In this document: positions 27,687-35,714 of the stretch, piece by piece
Layout of the letters: the number at the start of each line of letters is the position of its first letter
How positions within the stretch are numbered: position 1 is the stretch's first letter
Assembly (NCBI GenBank): GCA_002362135.1
Contig: DETO01000002.1
Coordinates: 3,868 to 49,969 of the forward strand
DNA length: 46,102 nt
DNA from: Ruminococcus sp. UBA3286
Lineage (GTDB): Bacteria > Bacillota > Clostridia > Oscillospirales > Ruminococcaceae
Direction of reading: 5' to 3'
Translations under genes and position numbers: made by a program
The notes under the pieces: model-generated
The model's input: only the letters and a program-made list of their open reading frames with translations
Told to the model about the DNA's origin: nothing
Databases searched by the model: none

Positions 27687-29642
27687 TTAGTCCTCAGCCT
27701 CTTCATCGGAATCCTCGATAAGAGCGCGCATAGAAATGCTGATTCTCTTGGATTCTGTATCGATCTCGATGATCTTAACGTCAACAACATCGCCTACGGA
27801 AAGGATATCCTTAACGTTCTCAACCTTCTTGTCAGCGATCTGAGAAATGTGGATAAGACCGTCAACGCCGTCGATGATCTGAGCGAACGCACCGAAGCTT
27901 GTGATAGAAACTATAGTCGCCTTAACAACGTCTCCTACCTTATATTGATTCTTGAAGATCTCCCAAGGATTATCCTCTGCCTTCTTGAAGCCGAGAGAAA
28001 TTCTGTTTTCCTCAGCGTTGAGATCCTTGATGTAAACTTCGAGAGTATCGCCAACGCTTACAACTTCGCTGGGGTGCTTGATTCTATTCCATGAAAGTTC
28101 AGAAATATGAACCATGCCGTCGATACCGCCGAGGTCAACGAATGCGCCGAAGCTTGTGAGAGACTTAACCTTGCCGACATATGTCTTGCCGATCTCAGCC
28201 TCAGCCCAGAATGCAGCCTTAGCCTCTTCCTTCTTGGCAGACTCAACAGCCTTGATAGAACCTACGGCTCTCTTCTTGCCGCCCTCGTCAACTTCGATAA
28301 TCTTGAATTCAACCTTCTGCTTGTTGAGCTGATCAAGCTCTGCGCCTCTGGGGAGACCTGTCTGAGAAGCGGGAATGAATACTCTTACGCCGAGGTAATT
28401 GAGAGTAACGCCCTTATTAACGATACGGCTTACAACGCCCTCGAGAACAGTTCCCTCTTCCTTAGCCTTAACGATAGTATCGTAGCCGACCTGCTCGTCA
28501 ACCTTTCTCTTGGAAAGGGCAACGGTACCTTCAGCGTCGTTCACCTTGATAACGATAAGATCGATTTCATCGCCTACATTAACGATATCGGAAGGCTTCT
28601 TGGAAGAATCCTCTGTAAGATCCTCAAGCTTAACATAACCTGTATGCTTTGTACCGAGATCGACAGTGATCTCAGCGTTGTCAACGCTTACAACTACGCC
28701 CTTAACTTTCTCTCCTGTATGTATTTTTTTGAATGACTGATCGAGAGCCTCAGCAAAATCGATCTCCTCATCCGGATTTGCAGTAAGATTTACATTTTCT
28801 GTCATTTTGGTTTGTACCTCCTTGATTATATATGCCGGCGTGGAAGCCCCGGCTGTTATGCCGATTTTGCCGGCACAGGGCAGCTTCAAAGATGAAAGCT
28901 CGTCCGAATTTTCGATGTGATACGTTTTGCAGTAACGGCTGCACACTTCATATAGCTTGACCGTGTTGGAGCTGTGTTTTCCTCCGACAACGAGCATAAT
29001 GTCAGAACTTTTAGCAAGCTCAGCCGCATCTGACTGTCTGGTATCGGTGGCGTTGCAAATAGTATCGAATATAACAATATCGGGATCGTCCTTAGGAATC
29101 ACCTTTAAACACTCTTCCCATACTACTATATTATACGTCGTTTGCGCGACAAATGCAAGCTTTTTTCCGAAAAAATTATCATTTTTTTCAAAAAAGTGTT
29201 TTAGCTCAAAATTATCCTTAAATACGAAATAATTTTGTTCACAATGTCCTATAATTCCTTGAACTTCAGGGTGGTTCACATCTCCCGCTATCAGGATCAG
29301 ATAACCCTCTTTAGTCTTTTCGGCAACTATCTTGTGAATCTTTGCGACGAAAGGACAGGTAGCGTCGAGCATTCTGTTTCCTTTTGCGGCAATTTCATCA
29401 TAAACGCTTCTGCCGACGCCGTGGGAACGTATCACCACAGTTTCATCGGGCAGCAGCTCATCGACGCTTTCGATAAGACGCGCGCCCTTATTCTGCATAT
29501 CGTCAACGACGTCCTGATTATGGATTATAGGCCCGAGAGTAGCGACCCTCGTATTCTCTTCCAATTCATTATACACCATTTTTACGGCTCTGTCAACACC
29601 AAAACAGAAACCTGCGGATTTTGCAACAGTAACTTTACTCAT
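27687..29642 (-). CDS. ispH-rpsA: Bifunctional IspH (LytB) / 30S ribosomal protein S1 fusion
   Basis: IspH motifs AGFCFGV, IIHN, DATCP, HPEV, QTT, TICNAT, SSN, TAGASTP, followed in frame by four S1 repeats (FGAFVDLGGIDGMVHISEL); start ATG 29642. Confidence 0.95.
   Translation of the reverse strand: MSKVTVAKSAGFCFGVDRAVKMVYNELEENTRVATLGPIIHNQDVVDDMQNKGARLIESVDELLPDETVVIRSHGVGRSVYDEIAAKGNRMLDATCPFVAKIHKIVAEKTKEGYLILIAGDVNHPEVQGIIGHCEQNYFVFKDNFELKHFFEKNDNFFGKKLAFVAQTTYNIVVWEECLKVIPKDDPDIVIFDTICNATDTRQSDAAELAKSSDIMLVVGGKHSSNTVKLYEVCSRYCKTYHIENSDELSSLKLPCAGKIGITAGASTPAYIIKEVQTKMTENVNLTANPDEEIDFAEALDQSFKKIHTGEKVKGVVVSVDNAEITVDLGTKHTGYVKLEDLTEDSSKKPSDIVNVGDEIDLIVIKVNDAEGTVALSKRKVDEQVGYDTIVKAKEEGTVLEGVVSRIVNKGVTLNYLGVRVFIPASQTGLPRGAELDQLNKQKVEFKIIEVDEGGKKRAVGSIKAVESAKKEEAKAAFWAEAEIGKTYVGKVKSLTSFGAFVDLGGIDGMVHISELSWNRIKHPSEVVSVGDTLEVYIKDLNAEENRISLGFKKAEDNPWEIFKNQYKVGDVVKATIVSITSFGAFAQIIDGVDGLIHISQIADKKVENVKDILSVGDVVDVKIIEIDTESKRISISMRALIEDSDEEAED
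29130..29158 (-). promoter_or_regulatory. Putative internal sigmaA promoter inside ispH, upstream of the S1 moiety
   Basis: TTGCAT-17 nt-TATAAT, preceded by A/T tracts (29161-29220, 12/60 GC); internal SD AAGGAGGT at 28816-28823 before in-frame ATG 28805. Confidence 0.6.
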
Positions 29643-30273
29643 TGCCGCCCTCCTTTTTATCGTCAGCCGACGCGGCGTCGCCCTCGACAAGCTGCTTTAT
29701 ATCCGCCATATAGCGGTTTTTCAGCTTTACAAGCTGTCTGGGATTCGGATTTTCAAAATCCTCGATATATTCCGCAGGGTCGATCGGCTTGCCGTATTTT
29801 ACGGTAACAGGCGTGCGGAATTTCAGCTTTTCGCCGAAAACTACGCCAACGGGAATTATCGGTTTATTGGCGCGGACGGCTATAACGGCTGCTCCCGAAT
29901 GACCGCGGTGAACTTTGCCGTCTTTGGAACGCGTTCCCTCAGGAAAAATGATCAGACTTCTGCCGCTGTTCAGCTTTTCAACAGCCGTATCGAGGGTTGT
30001 GGAATCGCCTTTTCCGCGCGATACTGGAAATGCGCCCAACGCCTGAATAAGCCATTTGAAGAGGATATTCCCCTGAAACAGCTCTTCTTTCGCCATAAAT
30101 ACGCATCTGCCGCGCGCGCCGCTTCCAACAACGGGCGGGTCGGCGTTTGTACGATGATTTGAAGCGTAAATAACGGGAGAATCTTTCGGAATATTATCGC
30201 GCCCCTCATATTTCATGCGGAAAGCAATGCGAAGCGCCGCTATTACAAGGACTTTGCAAAAATAGTAAAACAT
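29635..30273 (-). CDS. plsC: 1-acyl-sn-glycerol-3-phosphate acyltransferase
   Basis: NHRTNAD, FMAKEELF, FPEGTRS. Confidence 0.92.
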   Translation of the reverse strand: MFYYFCKVLVIAALRIAFRMKYEGRDNIPKDSPVIYASNHRTNADPPVVGSGARGRCVFMAKEELFQGNILFKWLIQALGAFPVSRGKGDSTTLDTAVEKLNSGRSLIIFPEGTRSKDGKVHRGHSGAAVIAVRANKPIIPVGVVFGEKLKFRTPVTVKYGKPIDPAEYIEDFENPNPRQLVKLKNRYMADIKQLVEGDAASADDKKEGGNE

Positions 30274-30932
30274 TAAATCCTCTCCTTAATGATTTTTGTT
30301 ATCGCCTCTACGGACTGTTCGAGAGTGAGTTTTGTGGTATCCACAAGAACGGCGTCCTCAGCCTGTTTCAGCGGTGCGGTTTCGCGGTTCATATCCTGAT
30401 AATCGCGCCGAATTATATCTTCCAGAATCTCTTCATAAGCAGGGTGATCAGGCTTTACCGCAAGTTCCTTATAACGTCTCGAAGCGCGCTCTTCAGCCGC
30501 AGCCGTCAGGAAAATTTTTACATCAGCGTCGGGAAGTACGACCGTGCCGATATCCCTGCCGTCCATTATCACGTTGTTTTCCCTTGCGATCTTCTTCTGG
30601 AGCTCAAAAAGATACGCTCTGACCGCCGGAACAGCCGATGTTCTGGAAGCTGCCATGGAAATTTCCGGCGTTCTGATAAGTTCCGAAACGTCCCTGTCTC
30701 CGAGGAAAACTCTCTGCGAGCCGTCAACGAATTTCAGGGAGATATCGGCATTTTTCAGCTCATTCTCAATCGACGCGTCATCAATATTATTTTCGGTTAT
30801 ATATAATGCCACGGCACGGTACATCGCGCCCGTATCAACATATATATATCCCATTTCAGCGGAAACCATTCTCGCTATCGTGCTTTTTCCTGCACCGGCA
30901 GGGCCGTCTATTGCAATGTTTACAGTACTCAT
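30273..30932 (-). CDS. cmk: Cytidylate kinase
   Basis: IAIDGPAGAGKST, DTGAMYR, DGRDIGTVVLPDA. Confidence 0.96.
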   Translation of the reverse strand: MSTVNIAIDGPAGAGKSTIARMVSAEMGYIYVDTGAMYRAVALYITENNIDDASIENELKNADISLKFVDGSQRVFLGDRDVSELIRTPEISMAASRTSAVPAVRAYLFELQKKIARENNVIMDGRDIGTVVLPDADVKIFLTAAAEERASRRYKELAVKPDHPAYEEILEDIIRRDYQDMNRETAPLKQAEDAVLVDTTKLTLEQSVEAITKIIKERI

Positions 30933-30945
30933 TTTTTATTCTCCT

Positions 30946-31473
30946 TTAAAGCAATTGATTAACTGATATAATAAGATCTGTCAGAACAGCCGTTACAGCG
31001 ATAACGCTTACCGCCGCGCAGATCGGCTTCGGTATTTTTTCCGCGAGTTTTCCCGAAAGAGGGTGAATGGCGAAAAAGTATATTACCGCGAAAATTCCGA
31101 ATATTGCGCTGGATATTACGCATGAACGGTCAAGTATCGAACCCCACCATGTCCGATATGTCCAGAATTGCCTGTGAAATATAAATTCCAAAACATATGA
31201 GGCGGCAAGTTCAAATATCGTGGTAACTACGGCTGAAAAGGCAAATACAAACAGCGGATTTCGTTTTTTCTCGCCGAGAATCACCAGAAGTATGAACGCG
31301 CCCACGGAATATATCGGCAATATCGGCATATGAAGCATTCCGCGGTTGTCGAAATACCGCCACATTATCCACACGGTAGCGACTTCGTATATCCAGCCGC
31401 CGAAACCGCATACCATAAATTCAAATATATAACGAAAAGCCGTTTTTATAAATTTTTCTTTCATAGGCATCAC
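30946..31473 (-). CDS. Putative ABC-transporter type IV permease (DUF1113-like membrane protein)
   Basis: GWIYE, NRG.L..P.LPIY..G, FE...SY.LE, W.Y; four TM segments; start uncertain by a few codons. Confidence 0.75.
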   Translation of the reverse strand: MMPMKEKFIKTAFRYIFEFMVCGFGGWIYEVATVWIMWRYFDNRGMLHMPILPIYSVGAFILLVILGEKKRNPLFVFAFSAVVTTIFELAASYVLEFIFHRQFWTYRTWWGSILDRSCVISSAIFGIFAVIYFFAIHPLSGKLAEKIPKPICAAVSVIAVTAVLTDLIISVNQLL

Positions 31474-32687
31474 ATATAAAGCGCCGCGGCATAAGCCGTT
31501 GAGAACGCTATCTGCAAATTGAATCCGCCCGTGTAGGCGTCAACGTCGATAACTTCCCCTGCGAAATACAGCCCTTCCGTAAGCTTCGACTCCATAGTTT
31601 TCGGGTCTATCTCCTTAACCGATACGCCGCCGCTTGTGATTATCGCTTCATCTATCGGACGAAATCCCTTGATACTCACGGGAAACGCCTTTATCAGTTC
31701 TCCAAATCTGCGCCGTTCCTCTTTGGTGATGCTGTTGATCTTCCGTTCGGGTTCTATCCCCGACAGTTTAACAATTACAGGAATCAGCTTTGCAGGAAGA
31801 AGCCTGCGTATGCCGTTGGGGAAATCACGATTAAGATTTTCCGCGAAATCACGCTGAATCCTGCTGTCGAGCTGTTCCGCGGACAGCGCAGGTTTAAGAT
31901 CAATTTTAAAGCTGTAGCGGTTCGGCTGTATTTTCCGAATATGGCTGCCTGCCGAAAGAACGAGAGGGCCGCTTACGCCAAAATGGGTAAAAAGCATCTC
32001 GCCAAGCTCGCTGAATATCACCTTTTTGCCGTCGTAAAGTTTAAGAGTAACGTTCCGCAGTGAAAGCCCCATAAGTTCCGCGCAGTATTTATCCCCCGAA
32101 ACTATGGGAACAAGGCTCGGCTTCAATTCTGTAATCGTGTGACCTGCCGATTCCGCAAGAGAATAGCCGTCCCCTGTCGAGCCTGTTTTCGGATATGAAA
32201 GACCTCCGCAGGCGATCAAAACGCTTCCGCTGCGGTATTCCTTTCCGTCGGCAAAAACTCCGCAGCATCTTCCGTCCTCAAGAATAAGCGAATTTACGCG
32301 CTTGTGGACGATCTTCACGCCCAGCCGCTTCATTTCCCTGTAAAGAGCGTCAACGATATCTTCCGCATTGTCGCTGACGGGGAAAACACGGTTTCCGCGC
32401 TCGGTTTTCAGCGGAACTCCCAGTTCCTCAAAGAAAGCCATCGTATCCTCCGCGCCGAACATTGCGAACGAACTGTACATAAAACGGCTGTTTACCGGGA
32501 TATTCTTCATATGCTCCTCCATGGGAGAATTGTTTGTGACGTTGCATCTTCCCTTGCCCGTTATGCGAAGTTTTCTGCCGATATTTGCATTCCGCTCGAA
32601 TATCGTCACGGATTTTCCGTATCTCGCCGCAAATACAGCCGCCATGCAGCCTGCCGCGCCTGCTCCTATTATTATAACATCAGTCAT
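31470..32687 (-). CDS. HI0933/BaiN-family flavoprotein
   Basis: GAGAAG, GRKLRITGKGRCNVTN, GSTGDG, LFTHFGVSGP, GEVIDVDAYTGGFNLQ. Confidence 0.92.
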   Translation of the reverse strand: MTDVIIIGAGAAGCMAAVFAARYGKSVTIFERNANIGRKLRITGKGRCNVTNNSPMEEHMKNIPVNSRFMYSSFAMFGAEDTMAFFEELGVPLKTERGNRVFPVSDNAEDIVDALYREMKRLGVKIVHKRVNSLILEDGRCCGVFADGKEYRSGSVLIACGGLSYPKTGSTGDGYSLAESAGHTITELKPSLVPIVSGDKYCAELMGLSLRNVTLKLYDGKKVIFSELGEMLFTHFGVSGPLVLSAGSHIRKIQPNRYSFKIDLKPALSAEQLDSRIQRDFAENLNRDFPNGIRRLLPAKLIPVIVKLSGIEPERKINSITKEERRRFGELIKAFPVSIKGFRPIDEAIITSGGVSVKEIDPKTMESKLTEGLYFAGEVIDVDAYTGGFNLQIAFSTAYAAALYM

Positions 32688-32895
32688 TGGCGTTACCCAT
32701 AAGCCTTCTGAGACGGCTTGCGGCTTTTTCACGCCGTTCAGCCGTTTCCGCGGAATTTACAACATATGCGCCGCCGCAAAGTTCGATAACATCGCCCTCC
32801 GCAGCGTTGGCAGGAAGTTTGCTGCGTTCTATATCGATCATGCCGCTTTCGGTTTCAACAACGGCATATTCGCCCTCAAATCTGTCAATTATCAT
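32680..32895 (-). CDS. DUF3006 family protein
   Basis: IIDRFEGEYAVVE...LP..A.EGDVI; follows a ComEC-like MBL gene, as is typical. Confidence 0.85.
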   Translation of the reverse strand: MIIDRFEGEYAVVETESGMIDIERSKLPANAAEGDVIELCGGAYVVNSAETAERREKAASRLRRLMGNAND

Positions 32896-32907
32896 AAATA
32901 CTCCTTT

Positions 32908-33882
32908 TTACCTTTCAGTGCTGACCGAAAGTTCCTGACCGTCGGAAGTTATTGTGACTGTTCCGCTCAGATCGGTACGATAAACTTTAATTCTGCGGCT
33001 TTTAAATTGGTCAATGGTACTTTTCGACGGATGACCGTAGGAATTCCCCACACCGCAGGATATAACGGCTATTTCGGGCGAAGCTTTATCCAAAAATTCA
33101 TCGCTGCTCGAAGTATCGCTGCCGTGGTGACCTGCCTTGTAAACGTCAACGTCTACCACTCTTCCCGATTCGAGCATTTCTTTTTCAGCAAGACTTTCAG
33201 CGTCTCCCGTAAGCAAGAAACTTTTTTCGCCGTGACGTATTATCACTCCGACCGAGTAGTTATTAGTATTGCTGTATTTTTCGCTGCACGGCGCGATTAT
33301 CTCGCATTCGCCGTCGCCAAGCGGAATTTTCCTGCCGACTTTAGCTTCTGTCATATTCAGACCGCGCGCTTCGGCTGCGTCAAGGAATCTCTCGAAATAT
33401 TTTGTTGTGGGAATATCCTTGTCAGGAAGATGCGGAATAATCAGCTCTCCTATATCATAATAATTAACGATCTCATCCATGCAGCCCATATGATCGGAAT
33501 GAGGATGTGTTCCGATAACGTAATCAAGATGATCGACGCCCTGACTTGCAAGATAATTTTCAACTACAGAAGCTTTTCCGATCTCTCCGCAGTCTATCAG
33601 CATGGAATCGTCACCTGCCGTTATGAGAATGCTGTCGCCCTGCCCGACGTCTATAAAATGCACTGTCAGTTCATCGCGGCTGCCGCTTTCCGACCGGGAA
33701 TTACCGCCCATCAGTTTCGCCAGTTCTTCGGGATCGACAAAAAATCCCACGCAAAGCAGCGCAATTATGGCGATCATAACATAAAGGACGGTTCTGTTCA
33801 TTTTCTGATTTTTCCCTTTTGAGGACGCTTTTCTGCCTTTCGAGCGTTTGCCGCCCGATGATCTTTTCCCTTTTTGTGCCAT
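32908..33882 (-). CDS. Membrane-anchored ComEC/Rec2-like metallo-beta-lactamase fold hydrolase
   Basis: DVGQGDS, THPHSDHMG, LTGDAE, GHHGS, NSYGHP, YRTD; N-terminal TM; start 33882 or 33801. Confidence 0.88.
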   Translation of the reverse strand: MAQKGKRSSGGKRSKGRKASSKGKNQKMNRTVLYVMIAIIALLCVGFFVDPEELAKLMGGNSRSESGSRDELTVHFIDVGQGDSILITAGDDSMLIDCGEIGKASVVENYLASQGVDHLDYVIGTHPHSDHMGCMDEIVNYYDIGELIIPHLPDKDIPTTKYFERFLDAAEARGLNMTEAKVGRKIPLGDGECEIIAPCSEKYSNTNNYSVGVIIRHGEKSFLLTGDAESLAEKEMLESGRVVDVDVYKAGHHGSDTSSSDEFLDKASPEIAVISCGVGNSYGHPSKSTIDQFKSRRIKVYRTDLSGTVTITSDGQELSVSTER

Positions 33883-35708
33883 GATCTGTCACCGCCTTTC
33901 CCTTTATTTTTCGCCGAAGGATCGTCAACAAGGCATTTCGCCGACGTTCCTATCAGATCGTACCGTCCGGCTTTTTTCAGCGCCTCCAGCACTATTTCCT
34001 TGTTTTTCGGCAGGAAATACTGCAAAAGAGCGCGCTGCATCGCCTTTTCTTTCGGAGTTTTCGGAACGTAGACTTTCTCCATTGTATACGGATCGAGTTC
34101 AGTGTAAAACATACAAGTCGATATAGTTCCCGGAGTAGGATAAAAATCCTGCACCTGTTCGGGACGAATCTTATTATCGCGCAGAAACAGCGCAAGTTCT
34201 ATCGCTTCATTGAGAGTGCTTCCGGGGTGGGACGACATCAGATACGGGACAAGATACTGCTCCTTGCCAACGCCCTTGGTGATCTCGTAAAAACGCTTCT
34301 GAAACGCTTTATACGCCTCAATATGAGGCTTTCCCATTTTATCAAGCACCACTGCCGAGCAATGTTCGGGAGCAACTTTCAGCTGTCCGCTGACATGATA
34401 CTTTATCAGTTCGCGCATGAATTCGTCGTCTTTATCCTCCATAAGGTAATCATACCTGATTCCCGAACGAATGAAAACTTTCTTTACGCCCTTGACTTTG
34501 CGAATCTTCCGCAGCATTGCCAGATATTCCTTATGATCGGCTTTCAGCGCAGGACATGGAGTCGGGGCAAGACATTTTTTACCCATGCACAATCCCTTTT
34601 CAAGCTGCTTTTCGCAGGAAGTATGACGGAAATTAGCCGTAGGGCCTCCGACGTCGTGGATATATCCCTTGAAATCGGGCATCTGAACTATTCTCTCCGC
34701 TTCTGCAAGAACAGATTCCTCGCTTCGTACCGTAACGCGCCTGCCCTGATGAAGAGCAATAGAACAGAAATTGCAGTATCCGAAACAGCCACGGTTATGA
34801 GTTATCGAAAACCGCACCTCCTCGATTCCGGGAACTCCGCCCAAAGCTTCGTAAGACGGGTGATAACGCCGGGTATACGGCAGACTGTATATATGATCAA
34901 GTTCCTCCGTCGTAAGACTTTTCGCAGGCGGATTCTGCACCAGCATCATATTTCCGTGACGCTGTATGATAGTTTTGCCGTAAACCTCGTCCTGCCAGTC
35001 GTACTGTATCTTCGTAGCCTTCGCATATTCGCGCTTGCTTTCCCGAACCTGTTCAAGAGACGGACATTGAGCCGCGCCTATAGGCGTATTAACAGGCTCG
35101 GTCATATAACACGTGCCTCGTATATCATGTATCTCACGTATGTTTTCGCCGTTCGCAAGACGAGTGCAGAGTTCCTCTATCTGATGTTCGCCCATGCCGT
35201 ACATCAGAATATCAGCGCCGCTTTCCGCAAGAACAGACGGTCTTACGGCGTCGTCCCAGTAATCGTAATGGGCAAAACGCCGCAGCGAAGCTTCCAGTCC
35301 GCCGATAGCAATAGGTATATCGCCGAAATATTCGCGAAGCTTTTTGCAGTAAACTATAACGGCTCTGTCAGGGCGTTTCCCTGCCATTCCACCTGCCGTG
35401 TACGCGTCGTCGGAACGTTTTCTCTTTGCAGCCGTATAATGGGCTACCATGGAATCTATATTGCCCGATGTTACCAGAAATGCGTATTTAGGCGCGCCGA
35501 ATCTGCGGAAATCCTTGTCGGAATGCCAGTCCGGCTGAGAAATTATCCCAACCGTATATCCGAGAGATTCTATAAGGCGCGTAACTATTGCCGCCCCGAA
35601 GCTTGGATGATCGACATAAGCGTCGCCGGTTATGTATATAAAATCGAACTGTTCAATACCCATTTCATCCATTTCGCACTTTGTCATTGGCAAAAATTTA
35701 TCATACAA
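33798..35708 (-). CDS. ygiQ: YgiQ family radical SAM protein
   Basis: GDAYVDHPSFG, EASLRRFAHYDYW, RGCFGYCNFC, QVQDFYPTPGT. Confidence 0.93.
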   Translation of the reverse strand: MYDKFLPMTKCEMDEMGIEQFDFIYITGDAYVDHPSFGAAIVTRLIESLGYTVGIISQPDWHSDKDFRRFGAPKYAFLVTSGNIDSMVAHYTAAKRKRSDDAYTAGGMAGKRPDRAVIVYCKKLREYFGDIPIAIGGLEASLRRFAHYDYWDDAVRPSVLAESGADILMYGMGEHQIEELCTRLANGENIREIHDIRGTCYMTEPVNTPIGAAQCPSLEQVRESKREYAKATKIQYDWQDEVYGKTIIQRHGNMMLVQNPPAKSLTTEELDHIYSLPYTRRYHPSYEALGGVPGIEEVRFSITHNRGCFGYCNFCSIALHQGRRVTVRSEESVLAEAERIVQMPDFKGYIHDVGGPTANFRHTSCEKQLEKGLCMGKKCLAPTPCPALKADHKEYLAMLRKIRKVKGVKKVFIRSGIRYDYLMEDKDDEFMRELIKYHVSGQLKVAPEHCSAVVLDKMGKPHIEAYKAFQKRFYEITKGVGKEQYLVPYLMSSHPGSTLNEAIELALFLRDNKIRPEQVQDFYPTPGTISTCMFYTELDPYTMEKVYVPKTPKEKAMQRALLQYFLPKNKEIVLEALKKAGRYDLIGTSAKCLVDDPSAKNKGKGGDRSWHKKGKDHRAANARKAEKRPQKGKIRK

Positions 35709-35714
35709 AATAGA

